In this document: one piece after another, positions 50,104-63,752 of the stretch
Numbering within the stretch: the first letter of the stretch is position 1
Layout: each line of letters starts with the position of its first letter
Assembly (NCBI RefSeq): GCF_006345805.1
Contig: NC_043001.1
Span: forward strand, 43,896,001 to 43,960,000
DNA from: Octopus sinensis
Taxonomy: Eukaryota
Direction of reading: 5' to 3'
Length of the DNA: 64,000 bases
Made by a program: the position numbers and the translations under genes
Notes under the pieces: model-generated
Databases searched by the model: none
The model's input: the letters and a program-made list of their open reading frames with translations, nothing else
Told to the model about the DNA's origin: nothing

Positions 50104-50180
50104 TAAGGGTATAAATTGATGTTAGTCAATTAAAACCAGTGGTCTAGCACATTAAAAAGAATCCGAAGATTAAAATATTT

Positions 50181-50434
50181 ATATATACCAATTAAGGACT
50201 GAACACAAAAGGTGGACAGTCAACATGCTAGATATAGACGTCAAATCGCCATTCTCCACAAAGATTTTGTTCTCAAATAAAAATAAAATTTTTATTTTTA
50301 TTTTTATTTTTATTTTTATTTTTATTTTTTATTTTTATTTGAGAACAAAATCTTTGTGGAGAATGGCGATTTGACGTCTATATCTAGCATGTTGACTGTC
50401 CACCTTTCGTGTTCAGTCCTTAATTGGTATATAT
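50181..50434. repeat. near-perfect palindrome (arms about 105 bp) around (TTTTTA)n, embedded in (TA)n
   Basis: ACCAATTAAGGACTGAACAC...TTCTCAAATAAAAA mirrored at about 50325-50434. Confidence 0.85.
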
Positions 50435-52681
50435 ATATATAATATATATATATATACTAGGTCATTTTCTGTCGCTATCATCATTAGCGTTTAACGTCCG
50501 CTTTCCATGCGAGCATGGGTTGGACGATTTGACTTAGGACTGGCGAACCAGATGGCTGCACCAGACTCCAATCTGATCTGGCAGAGTTTCTACAGCTGGA
50601 TGCCCTTCCTAATGCCAACCACTCCGAGAGTGTAGTGAGTGCTTATACGTGCCTCCGGCACGGGGGCCAGTCAAGCGGTACTAGCAACGCTCAAATGCTG
50701 TTTTTTACGTGCCATCTGCACGAGAGCCCGTCCAACAGCACTGGCAACAACCTCGCTCGAATGTTTTTTTACGTGCCAGTAAGGCGACACTGGTAGCGAT
50801 CACGTTTGAATTGTGCTTTTTACGTCCCACCGGCAGGGTACCTTTGAAATTGTTTTTTTTAAAGTCTGTGTTGCATTGTCTGTATTTTGAAAGACACACA
50901 CATAACGCCCCTCTTAACTAATGTGACATTATATAACCCTTTTTTGAAGTCTGTGTTGTGTTGAATTCGTGTTTTTAATCAAACTTTTTAGTTACTATAG
51001 TGACAACACTACTATCTATCATTCACTCACTCTCTCTCTCTCTCTCTCTCTCTCAGCAACTTTTCTACTCCATTTCTAAAAATATGTGATAGACACAGAG
51101 ATCGGCTTCCCTTTTATAAGATGATATATATACTTACATACACATATAAATGCAAAACCCAACTAATATAGATTAGCTCCAGAATCCAAGGAAACTGGTA
51201 ATAGCTGGCATTGGTAACAATTAACAAGGTTCATTAAGTTCATCTGCAATGTAGCATAGTGAATCTATGTCTCCTTCATTTTTCACTTTAATAATTAGCA
51301 ATTCATAGTTACTATTACATTTTTTCACCTTTGGATAAGACAAAGGCTTCTGCTTTTAAGGAAGGAGTCATGCTCGGTATTGTCACTACCACTATATATC
51401 TTATCTCATCAGTCTCAAAAGATTAAAATTCATGAGTTTCGCTCAGTATTTGAACTAAAAGCAAGTGTTGAAGAGAAGTACTGTAGAAAAATGATAAGTC
51501 ATTTAGATAAGTACTGGTTTTGATTTTCAGGTTGAAACCATTTTGCCCCACTCATGTCACCAATACTTGCTTGAAAGACGTATGTCACGTAGCTTCATTT
51601 CCATGTCTATAACTTTCATGTTCTTACACTTGTCAAATTATTGTGTTGATGTACATTATAAAAGATTTAAGTAGTTGAACTGCTATTTTAAACATCAAGC
51701 GCTAAGTCTTGCAACAAAACTTGTAAAGTATCTAGATGAGTTACAATTCAAGTCTGAGTAAACCAGATCATGTAAATACAAATTCTGTCGTATAATTCCT
51801 TCTAAATTTGGCGCATTAACTCCAATGTTAAACTGGTACTTATTTCATTGACCCTGGAAGGATGACAGGCGAAGTTGACCTCAGCAGCATTTGAACTCAG
51901 AACATAAAACGATGGAAGAAATGCTCTATACATTTATCCAGTTGAGTAACGGTCTTACCAGCTTGCCACTGTAATTATGTTACATAATTCCGGCAAATAC
52001 CTGAGCTTGTACAATATATTTCTATCCTGGTTGGGGAAAGATATTTCCTTTTGAAAATAGTTAGCAAACTCGTTAAAAAGAGTGGAAAATTTTGTAGATT
52101 GTTATCTTTTACAACTTGATAAATAAACAACGAACATGAAATGCCGGTGAATTAATGAATTTTAAGAATCACAACAGAAGCATTCTCATTGTAGTTTGTG
52201 TTAGAAATGTTCAGTGCATTATGCTAATACTATTTCCAGTCCTTGGGAAAACGTTTCGTATCTCACAAACAATGATCTTAGTTTCACAGATCTCTTGTTT
52301 CAGTTGATTTAGAAAGTAACGGAGAGATTTGATATAAATATACGATGGCACGTAAAGAGCGCCCTTCGAACGTTGAGCCCCACGGAAGTAATGATAAGTG
52401 ACCGAGACCAGGGCGATATGCCGTGCTTGAGAAGACTCGCCAAGCCAAGTGAAATCGTAATTGTGGCTGTTGCCGGTGGTACGTAAAAAGCACCCATTGC
52501 ACTCTTGGAGTGGTTGGCGTTAGGAAGGGCATCCAGCTGTAGAAACCATGTTAAATCAGATTGGAATCTGGTGCAGCTCTCCAGCGTACCAGCTTCAGTC
52601 AAATCGTCTAATCCTGCAAGCATGGAAAGCAGACGTTAAATGAATAATAATAATAATAATAATATAATAATAATAATGATA

Positions 52682-52727
<46 letters not shown>

Positions 52728-54329
52728 CTTTTCTAATTTAGACACAAGGCTAGTCATTTTGAAAGGATAGGTTAGTTGATTACATTGGCCTAGAACTTGA
52801 CTGTTATTTTATTTTATTGGTTGAAAGACAAAGTTGACCTTGGTAGAATATGAAGACAACAGTTATCAGCATTTCATCCACATATTTTGTGGATGAAATG
52901 TCCTTTTATTGTAGTTGGGCTTGTACTTTAATCATTATTTATGTTTCAGAGGGAATCCATGAAACTATAACTGGGCTGTTATATTTTAGAGGAAAACCAT
53001 TCTCAGAAAGATGATTGCAGCTAACTTTTGTATATTTTCATCATAAACTGATGTACACAAAGAAAAGAAAAATGTATGAAGTTTTGGTTAGATAAAGTAT
53101 GATCATAGCGTCTTGGCAGTCTATTGAACAGATTATTTTTACTTGTGTGAGATGAATCAAAAAGCTAATCACACACTGTAAAGAATGCATTTCAATAGTT
53201 TAAAACAACGAACAGTCATTTCTGATGCCTCGATAACTGCAACTTTTAGTAGTTTCAAACAATTTATTGAAATTTATGATAAGTGGAAGCTTTCTGAAAA
53301 CACTATAGAGCAGCCTCCTACTTATTTTTACACTGATCTACCGTTGCGTGTGCAGAAACGAAACAAAGTCCAAGAAATGTTCAAACAATTCACTAAACGA
53401 AACACACTTAATTCTATTCTCTGGGTTGCACGAACCATGTTTCTACTATTCAACAAAGGAAGATAATATTTAGTAATCAGCGAAGCACTAGGCAATTCGG
53501 TCCATCTAGTTCCCTTTCAATGGCACCTTTTCCGAGTGTCAGAAGATGGAGTTCACAGAATTTAAGACATTGCAATAATCTATGAAGCAGTATCCATCTA
53601 CGCATCATACTTAGTGTATACACACTGTCGATAGGTTAGCTCTGCTGTATTTTTCTTGAGATAATTGGACTTGCTCTGTTAAAAACAATAAATATCAAAG
53701 AGACGAACACTCGTCCCAGCAACGGCCAATGAGAGGGCCAGATGCATTTCGGCCTTTTTCGACTTTTTCAATGACACGGACTCGCAACCAGCAACATACT
53801 CGGACGAGAATTTGTAATCACTGACAGAGAAAAAGTGAATAATTTAAGACTCACTTGGTAAACAGAAGGAAAATTTCCGACTTACCACTTCATTTACCTG
53901 TCGTTTTATTAAAACTTAAATAATCATCAGTTTCCTACATTACTGGTCAATTAATAAGATTTCTTGGCCTGAAAAGGACGTAGGAGCACAGCAAGAGACA
54001 CAGCTGTGCCCCACATCTTTTACAGGTATCAAACAACTTTAAGTTTTCCACAAACGTCCTTCCTGTCAATTTCTTCATACTTTTCAACCATCCACTCCAG
54101 AGTCTTCCTAAGCTCAGTTGCATTCGGATCGTACGTGTATGGCCATATTCGCTAAGCTTGCCCAATTCTGTTGAATATAATAGTTCCTCTCTGCTAAATG
54201 GAATAGATGGTATGAAGATTGCAACAGTTATTGTTATTCCACAATGCCATATAACAATTATGGACATTTAATAATTTTCTTTGGAGAGTAATTTATACAG
54301 AGATACCTAAACTTCATCATGTAGTTCCA

Positions 54330-54620
54330 AATGGAAACTTCTAGATTTTCAGACACACCGACAAAAACCAACCATGACACTGGCCAACAACATCTGGGTA
54401 CTGAAAAAGCGGAACATTGACTACAACATTAAATAAAAAGTATTTGAAAGAGGGAAGTCATACGTCAACGGATCAGGAAGTACGGGCTTTGCACAACAAG
54501 AACCAAACATTTTATAAAGACTAAAAGACCTTGAGAATTGCCTGAACATCATTAATATATTCAAAATGTTCCTACAGGGGTATTTTATCGCAGTGGAATA
54601 TTCTGCAATCATCAGGTTAA
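54330..54620 (+). mobile_element. Penelope-like element C-terminal relic
   Basis: TLANNIWVLKKRNIDYNIK*KVFERGKSYVNGS resembles the PLE LS.YIW.LK...Y.I.W....Y..G motif. Confidence 0.6.
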
Positions 54621-55649
54621 CTTCCAAAACATTCTAGATTTTATCATTTTATCTCCTTCACATGCTTCTCCATTTTTACATAATGGATGATTTTGTATAT
54701 CCAATCAACTTTGTAAGGTAAGCATATAAAGATGAATGCGCATATACATGTATATAAGTGTATGCGGGTGAATGTCTGTTTCTATCTCATTTTTACTAAT
54801 CCTTTCTATAAGAACATCGACCACTACGAGGGACTCAACAGGTTTTTCTAAATATCTGACTTATGAACACTTTATACGTTTACACTTTTTCTTAGGTTAT
54901 TTAACATATTCTTTAATTTTTTTCCTTCTAAATGTCCTTTATTGGCATAACAGACAATCCAAGAGACTTCATCTGAATATCTGAAAACGCCAGTTATCGT
55001 CCTTCAACATTTTCACATTCTTTGGAATTATCTAACATAATCTCATGTTTCTACCGTGCTTTTTCGCACACCTGAAGAATATGGGTGAAGCAATAACAAT
55101 TGTACTGGGCACAATTAGTATGCATTTTCAAAAATGTATGCAGGTATGTGTGTGAGAGAGGGGGAAGAGAGAGTGAGGGAAGGAGGGACACATAATGAGA
55201 AACAAAGAGAGGAGAATTTTCCCCAGTACTTGAGTGGAATAGAGAAACAAGATGGGCTTTACTACATTGACTTTTTCTTGATATACAGGAGAAATACGAA
55301 ATAATCAGAAATGCTTTTACGACCTATTAAACTATCTGATTCACCACGTTTGCGATCTATAATTTAGTAATGTGCCATCTTCATGACACTGATACGGTTC
55401 ATTAGTTTCGATATCAACCATATCACTAGACACTTTACACAAGTACAATATCACAACGCTACGTGATTCATAACATTACACAATTAACACTATGTATGTT
55501 TCGTTGTACAAAGTACAATACAGCTCGCCATTCGTGATTGTTCGTAATAAGCTATGCTATAATTTTCGAGCGATTCAGTCCATAGAAACTGTAATTTTAT
55601 CTATTAACAGACGATTTAATTTAAACCACCCAACTGTTGTGTTTAATAA

Positions 55650-55990
55650 GTACAGTTCTTCAATGGCCGTGACCGAGAATGTTTTATGATAATTCTAACC
55701 TTGGATTGACGTTTGGTTTGTCACCTCTAAATTGATTTTTATCTTATGAAAGCAAAAGTCAATATTCTGATGGCCATATTCAACAGGGAAGTGAAAATGA
55801 TAGGCGTTTCTATTTCGGATGTTAGATGAAAATGATGAAATACTACAATTAGTTACAGGTGATTAATAAATGAAATCATAGACACCCGACACTGATATTT
55901 CTGTTAAACTGAAAGAGTTTATAATAATTTGGCCTTGTCTGTGAAATACTAAACTGCTCACACACTACTACAATGAGTATGTAGTTCATT
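55650..55990 (+). repeat. unclassified dispersed repeat (copy at about 62488-62845; partial at about 56430-56580)
   Basis: shared CTTCAATG.CCGTGACCGAGAA.GTTTTATGATAATTCTAACCTTGGATT and CAACAGGGAAGTGAAAAT blocks. Confidence 0.7.
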
Positions 55991-57003
55991 TGATAGAACA
56001 ACGTCGAAATCAATGCAAAATTTAATTAATTTTTTGTTTATTCATACATTCATAAATTTTTACTTATATAATAAAAGCTTAAAGATAGGAGGTTTAAGAG
56101 GTGAATATATATTTATTTAACCACGTGACATTAATAGGGATACAGCCGTTTTTGCAACCTTCTTTGTATGGATTTAGTTTCAGGGTGTAAGAAGCATACT
56201 TAAATGAATACTACAGTCATCTTACGGACTGATAGCTTGGTCCGTAAAAGGAGCTTACTATGATAGACGCACAATTCTTTGAATCCTTATTATATATATA
56301 CATACAAACATACATACGCAAGTACGCACTTACAGAGGTAGAAATATACAAGCATATATATATATATATATTCATTATTTCGTATTTGTCATTACAACTA
56401 AGGAAAAGCTGTAGTTTCAACATCAGATAGATTTTCTTTCATGGCCATATGAACACATTCATGGTCATAGACATTACTGAAAAGAAAATCATAGGCGTTT
56501 CTAAATCCGAGGTTAAACAGATGAAAATTTTCCGATTGGTCACAGAAGATTAGTAAATCTTATACATACCTGCTAAAAATATCTGTGTAATATTGAATGA
56601 ATTATTTATTGTTTGGAGTAAAATCTATTTGCCAACGTAGATCTAAAACTAATTGTTTTCCTCTTTATTTGTTGTTTATGTTTTTCTTCTAATGCAAAAA
56701 TAACTTCACTTGCTGATTTTTCCTGTTTGAAACCATCGATTTTTACACGCATATGCGCGTGTACACGCACACGCACAATCACACACACAGTGACAAAGAG
56801 TATCAATTTGTTATCATTAATTTCAAAATCACTCAGTTCTTTTTTTTATCAGACCCAACGTGTTGCCCCAACTCAACATGTGGTCTACCTCGGGCATAAG
56901 GGAAGTAGTCCCTTATTCTGTTTGATATGAAAATTCTGAGAGTGAATCGTTGGCGATTTTTTTCGTCTGTCTTCCTTTTCTCTTGGACTTTCCTCTGTCT
57001 CCT

Positions 57004-57038
57004 GTTTCTGAAAAAGAGCTTTGCTCGAAACGTAAAAC
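57004..57038 (+). ncRNA. minimal hammerhead relic, extra-A family (G8A)
   Basis: GUUU CUGAAAA A GAGC-UUU-GCUC GAA ACGU A AAAC. Confidence 0.58.
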
Positions 57039-57139
57039 CGCCTTTCTTTTCTTCTCTGAGCGTTTACAAGTACTTTGCATGTACTACGTCCTCGCGTTAT
57101 TGTTTTTTTCTTGTGTTTGCTCTTGTTTTTTTTTATATA

Positions 57140-57178
<39 letters not shown>

Positions 57179-57999
57179 ACGACCGTGCGAAAGGAGAGGT
57201 GACGAATGAATGGCTCCTTTAATACACCGCACGGTCGCTTACAATAAAATGGATAAATGAGTATGTCTATGTGTGCGACATAAGTACATATATAAAAACA
57301 ATAATAATAGACAGGCTGTCAAGCATACATAATGTGTATATGTGTACAAACAAGGGTGTATGTGTGTGAGATAAAATGCAGAGCACGTAATAGAGCAAGA
57401 GACAAATTGCGCCATCACCAACCTATCAGGGTATTGGACACAATATGACCCAAGCGGCCGAAGGTTAGCTGTTATCTGCTACGTCCGTATTTGTGTTATA
57501 TATGTCAGAGAGAGAGAGAGAATTTCACTAAGGATACGTAACAGAGCCCTGCACCAGTCATTTTGTAGAAGACAAAAGAGACGATAATAAAGGTAGACAA
57601 TGGCGGTGCCCCAGCATGGCCACAGCTCGTGAGCTGAAACTAGAATCAATCAATCAATCATATCTGTAGCGAAGAGATGAAATTAGAGCGGTTGGTCATT
57701 AAGCTGGCACTGGGTCACCAATTTGTAGACGTCCGTGTGAACGTAAGGCCGACTGCGTGTTTGGCTGTGTGTCGAATCAATACAAAGGACCTCTCGAACT
57801 CCTTTCTATCCCAGCAACGATATTATTGCATGATATTCCTGGATTTGTACCCGCCTATGCCGAATCACTATGAACTATTCTCCTCCAGATTTTCTTGCTT
57901 TCCTACAACACACACACACACACATACACACACACACACATATGTATATATTCATGCACACGCACACACAAACACGTGTACACAAATATATACTTGCAT

Positions 58000-59610
58000 A
58001 CAATATACAGAGATACTCAATGGCACCAAACAAACAGAAGTAAAAAAAATAAGAATTATAAATTTAGCAAAGAAGAAATTAACGGCGCAAGAAATTGGTT
58101 TACTCTCCAAAGGACACAATTTTACACCAACACTTGAAGATCTAATTACAATGAAATTAAAGACGAAATTTCATAATTCTGAAGAAAATCAGAACTCACA
58201 GATGACCCATACGATAAGAATATGGATGAGAGGTCGGTGGCAAAAAACAACAGCAACTATACTCCTCCAAAATGTAGGAACCAAACACTTGATGATTTCA
58301 GGAAATACATTATCAATATAAACAGACTTACAAAGCCCAACTCAAACTTCATCAGGAGTAAATAGCAAAACATAAAGAAATCTAAAAGTGATAAACAATT
58401 AACAATTAAAGAGGCCAGTAAAGGAAATATAAAGCAGTTCTGGTGGATACAGAATACAACAAAAGTTTTGTGTTTTCTATTTTAGAAGGCAATACATGCA
58501 GTGAAAAAGCCCAAAACTACAAGCAACAAAAATTATGTGAAAACTGAGAGTATTAATAAGCCTATATCGAAAGGAACTCACTGACAAAGAATACGACTAT
58601 ATTACCACCTCTGAATGTAAATGTAACCTCTTTTACAGCACACCAAAATTTCACAAAAGCGAAAGAAATCAGTGAAGCGGGTAAAATAGTCACAAACATA
58701 TATATTAGTGTCTCCACACCGAATGATTTGAAATTAATGACCAACAATAGTTAGTCCAGTGGGTGTGAAACTCACTGTCTGAGTAACTTTTTAGTTACTC
58801 GAGCCATTTCTGAAACGCATTAGAAGATTCATAAGAGACAACTATAGATATGTTGGACCACCTTCCGAAAACAGTCAATGAAAAATCTCTAACCGTATAT
58901 TTCGATATAGCGAATCTTTATTCAAACATCCCTCATAGCTTTAGAACTGAAGGCATTAAATTTTAGTTGGATAATTATACAGGTGAACTACCACAATACA
59001 AAAAGAAATTAATCAGAGAAGGACTAAAAATCATTCTAGAAGATAATTTTTAATGTTTAATGACAACTTTTATCGACAAAAATCTGGGACCGCGATGAGG
59101 ACGAAACCAGCCTCCATCTTTGCAAATTTAGTAATGGTTTGTCTAGAAATTACAATGTACGAAAAATCACTACAGAAATGTGAGGACTCTTTCTTTGAAT
59201 ATATACAAGAAAACTGGGAAAGATACTTCGACAATTGTTTCGTTTTGTTGAATGAAATCATTGAGAAACTAAAATAATTCAAAACATTACTCAATGGAAA
59301 CAACAAAAATATACAATTTACCATAGAATATAGTCAAAACCAATTCTCATGTTTTGATATCCTAATAAAGAAAGTCAACAATCAAATAGGACTCCAAAAA
59401 TATCTACATTTCAATTTGTACCATCCTCGAGACACCAAAGTAAATTCCCCTTATAACCGAACCAAATGAATTTGCACAATTGTATCCGACGAAAACATCT
59501 ATGGCATACAACTTTAAGAACTGAAAGATATACTCCTTGATAGAAATCATCCATCATCCTTAATCGATAATAGAATACAATTAGCTAAGATAATATTCAG
59601 GCACTAAGAC
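58000..59610 (+). mobile_element. Penelope-like reverse transcriptase relic, cut at the 3' end by SINEs
   Basis: IINLAKKKLT.QEI.LLSKG.NFTPT, FDIANLYSNIP, YRQKSGTAM.TKPASIFANL, RYFDNCF, IQFTIE, YLHF..YHP. Confidence 0.8.
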
Positions 59611-59619
59611 AAACAAAGT

Positions 59620-60060
59620 GGAGGCGCGTGGCTTAGTGGTTAGGGTGTCAGCATCATGATCTTAAGATTGTGGTTTCGATTCCTGGATCGGGCGACGCGT
59701 TGTGTTCTTGAGCAAAACACTTCATTTCACGTTGCTCCAGTCCACTCAGCTGCCAAAAATGAGTAACGCTGCGATGGACTGGCGTCTCGTCCAGCTGGGG
59801 AACACATACGCTATTGAAACCGGGAAACCGTGCCCATGAGCCTAGCTAGGCTTTAAAAGGTCGCATTTATTATTATTTTAGGATAAACAAAGGAGGTGTG
59901 TGGCTTAGTGATTAGGATGTTGGACTCATGATCGTAAGATTGTACTTTCGATTGCTGAACCGGGCGATGCACTGTGAGCTTTAAGCATAACACTTCATTT
60001 CACGCTGCTCCAGTCCATTCAGCTGGTAAAAATGAGTTATCCTGCGACGGACCGGTGCTT
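59620..60060 (+). mobile_element. two tandem copies of tRNA-derived SINE family 3
   Basis: A-box TGGCTTAGTGG, B-box GGTTTCGATTCC, shared CACTTCATTTCACGTTGCTCCAGTCCACTCAGCTG core; minus-strand relatives near 20790-21125, 26190-26530, 39940-40265. Confidence 0.8.
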
Positions 60061-60128
60061 TATCAGCTGATAACTTAATTTTCCTTTCGTTTTAGATTTA
60101 ATCCATTAGAAATAATGAAGGAACTAAG

Positions 60129-60780
60129 ATGAGCTTTAAATGAAGGAAATTTAATTTAGAGTGCTATTGAAAATTTCAAAACGTTATCGAAGTGCAAAGA
60201 CAGTTTAGGAAGGAGTTCCAAACAGATCTGCCAACACGACTTACCATCACTCGAATTAAAGATAAGTGTGAAACGGATGGAATTGTTCAGAATATCCACA
60301 AAAAATGTTCCAGGTGACAGCGGATACCCACGAGTCACACAAGAGAAGGTGCTAGGAACGTATTGTTAGAGTCCAAAGAAATCTGTGCAACAAGCGAGTT
60401 GCGAAATAGGAATCGCATTTCGAAGCGCTGTTATGGGGAAAGTTACGTTCCAAGAAGAGTCTATGCTCTCAATGAAAATGATTTGCACCGAAGAGTGGAG
60501 TTTTGCGAGTGCAAAACGTGTATAAGATGTACACTTTTCAACAAAGGATGTTTGGGGTGATGCGGCTTCATTTAAACTAAATAGCTTAAATAACTGTCAC
60601 AACTGTACTCACTGGAGGCCTAAGAATCCGCATATTATGGAAGAACTTCATGCTAACGTACCAGCAGTTACAGTATGGCGCAGCTTATCATCAAAAGGAT
60701 TAATTAGGCCATTATTTTTTGACAGTAATGTAACTGGTCCCATCTACTTGAAACTGTTGTCATACTAAGCATTGAAGAAG
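60129..60780 (+). mobile_element. Tc1/mariner transposase 5' relic (DUF4817-type HTH)
   Basis: NVIEVQRQFRKEFQTDLPTRLTITRIKDKCETDG; [18 protein letters not shown]. Confidence 0.7.
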
Positions 60781-61282
60781 ACTGGATCTTTGCTGGTGTA
60801 GTGAGAATATTCAGCATTCATCCGAATGTCGCAATTCGCTAGAATGTTACTCACATGATCAGGGAATTTGACCTACCACGAGTCAAACAGCCGTATTGGT
60901 ATTAAGTTTAGTTGTGCACTATCCCATAATAAACCAATTGCGAACATTGTTGAAATAACATTTTATTTTATCGAAGTAAATTACAATGTTCACATAGTTG
61001 CATCACAATTTGCCAGTTGTATAATGTAGTGTGCTAGAATTGCGAACAGTAGAGATTAGCTTCGCGTGGGAAGCGGGAATAATGCTTGTCTAACCTAGTT
61101 CAAGAATTCTCTTTACTAGTGGCCGAACTTCAGCTAAGAAAAACTTACTAAAGTAAGGGCTTATTGCTTGTGCTTTGGAAGTGCGCCGCTCTCTGATTTG
61201 ATTACGTGCGTTGTGCTTATATAGACCATTCTAAGATGCGAGGTGATATTTCTACAAACTGATATATATATATATATATATT

Positions 61283-61794
61283 TAAAACTGTATACAGCTA
61301 TGGTACGACCACACTTGGAATTCGCATCATCAGTTTGGAACCCCTATCTTGCTCAGAACATTGACCTCCTGGAATCTGTCCAGAGACGTGCAACCAAACG
61401 CATATCCTACATCAGACACCTACCATATTCTGAGCGCCTTGTTTCCCTGGGCATGGATTCACTGAAGCTCCGGCGTCTAGCGACGGACTTGGTAAACACC
61501 CACAAAGTTATCAACCACCTCACCAACAACAACACTGAACACCTTTTGATCTCCATGTGTCTAACACACGTGGACATGCCTACAAAGTCAGAAAACAACA
61601 CAGCTCCCATGACTTTCGGAAACATTTTTTCACGCTCAGAGTTGCTGAAGCATGGAATAAACTGCCTGCGTCAGTTGTTGACTGCCATGTCACTGCATCC
61701 TTTAAGGCCCTCATGCTTTCCGAAATCCGCCGAAACTACACCTGATTATATATACACTTTAGATGAGTTGTAGTGCACCTGAGCACTGTACACA

Positions 61795-61860
<66 letters not shown>
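61283..61860 (+). mobile_element. CR1-clade LINE 3' end with (ATT)n tail
   Basis: KLYTAMVRPHLEFASSVWNP, LESVQRRATK, TRGHAYKV, RKHFFTLRVAEAWNKLP. Confidence 0.88.
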
Positions 61861-61878
<18 letters not shown>

Positions 61879-61879
61879 T

Positions 61880-61976
<97 letters not shown>

Positions 61977-62027
61977 GTGTTTGTGTCTGTGTAAAGTTTG
62001 ATAGACAGACAGACAGATAGATAAACT

Positions 62028-62097
<70 letters not shown>

Positions 62098-62100
62098 GAG
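61794..62100. repeat. (ATT)n, (TA)n and (GATA)n arrays following the CR1 tail
   Basis: direct inspection. Confidence 0.95.
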
Positions 62101-62889
62101 AGATAGGAAGGAGAGACAGAAAGAAAAGTGGGTTCCACTAGGCTGACTCTCTCTCAATACACGTAATCAGTAGTGTTCTTATGAGTTATATACCATATCT
62201 GCAAACTATAATTTGCTAATGCAACAACCTAATATAATCAATACGGCTCGTTAGTTTTGATACCCCGCATCTAACCACACAATTCTTTACACAACTGCAA
62301 TGTCAGAATCCCACATATTCATAAAATCACATAGTTAACAGTACAAATGATTTGTTTGTTGACTTCGTCCTTCGTAACTGATTGTCGTAAGCGGTTCACT
62401 TCATGTAAGCATTTAAACTTACTCATTAACAGATGACTTAATAATAATTCACTCTGAAACCATACACGACTGTTATGTTCAACGAGTACACACTTCTTCA
62501 ATGACCGTGACCGAGAACGTTTTATGATAATTCTAACCTTGGATTTCCGTTTGGTTTGTCGTATCTAAATTAATTCTAAAAGCAAAAAAGTCAATATTCT
62601 GATGGCCACATTCAACAGGGAAGTGAAAATCATAGGCGTTTCTGCTTCAGACGTTAAACAGATGAAAAATGTTGAAAATACGATTAGTCACAGATGATTA
62701 GTAAATGAAATCATAGACACCCGATACTAATATTTCTGTAAAATTTAATGAATTCTTAATCGTATAGTTTTTCGTCACAGAAATTCTTAACAGCTTATAC
62801 GATACCACTATGAATACGTAATTCAGTTGATGGAACAACTTGAATTCTCAACGTTAAAATCGATGAGAGGTCTCGTATGTATATATGTA

Positions 62890-63752
62890 CAGGGTGTTCC
62901 AAAAGTTACTGATGGGTTTCAGTTTTTAATAACTTCCTTAATTTTACAAATTAATGCACGAAATTTTGAAACAATATAAAGGACATAATGGAAATTAATA
63001 TGCACAAGTCAAATTTTGCCACACCACTACATCACATATGAAAAATGACATCACTTAAATGGCAGCCGTTTTCGGCTTCGCTCGCCCGTGCTCTTTCCAA
63101 ACCTTGCACCATAACATTCTCAAGAGTTTCAGACCCCATTTCTCTGATTTCTCTATTAATGTTCTCCTTCAGTTACACCAGGGTCTCTGGTTTGTTGACA
63201 TAAACTCTCTCTTTCAGGTATCCATGGTTGAGACCTTTTTTCGCCCAGCCATTCAAAATAGACCTCACACATGGTTCTGGCAAGATGGAGCAACTGCTCA
63301 TACCACAAGAGAAACAATGCAGTTGCTACGGCAGTGCTTTAGAGAGAGAATATTCTCCCGCTACGGCAATGTCTACTGGCCTTCACGTTCCCCAGACTTG
63401 CCCAGCCCGGATTTTTTCTTGTGGTTATACCTGAAAGAGAGGGCTTACGTCAATAAACCGGAGAACCTAGTGCAATTTCAGGAGAACATCAATAGAGAAA
63501 TCAGAGAAGTGGGGTCTGAAACTTTTGAGGGTGCAAGTTTTGGAAAGAGCACGGGCGTGCGAATCCGAAAATGGCTGCCATTTAAGCGATGTCATTTTTT
63601 ATATGTGATGTAGTGGTGTTGCAAAATTTGACATGTGCTTATTAATTTCCATTATGTCCTTTATATTGTATCAAGATTTCATGCATTTATTTGCAAAATT
63701 AAGGAAGTTTAATTAAAAATTGAAACCCTTCAGTGGATTTGGGGACACGCTG
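62890..63752 (+). mobile_element. internally deleted DD41D Tc1/mariner element with about 335-bp TIRs
   Basis: TA|CAGGGTG...CACGCTG|TA; arms 62890-63222 / 63424-63752; centre encodes WQDGATAHT...WPSRSPDLPSPDFFLW. Confidence 0.85.

Noticed and set aside
53947-54267. 106-aa membrane-protein-like ORF
   Set aside because: no recognisable family and no consistent exon chain; kept only as part of a low-interest unexplained block
57677-58321. 214-aa ORF as a host gene
   Set aside because: runs through a (CA)n tract into the N-terminal part of the Penelope-like relic; no splice support
59620-59700. tRNA gene
   Set aside because: A/B boxes present but no cloverleaf closure, and it continues into a SINE body repeated elsewhere
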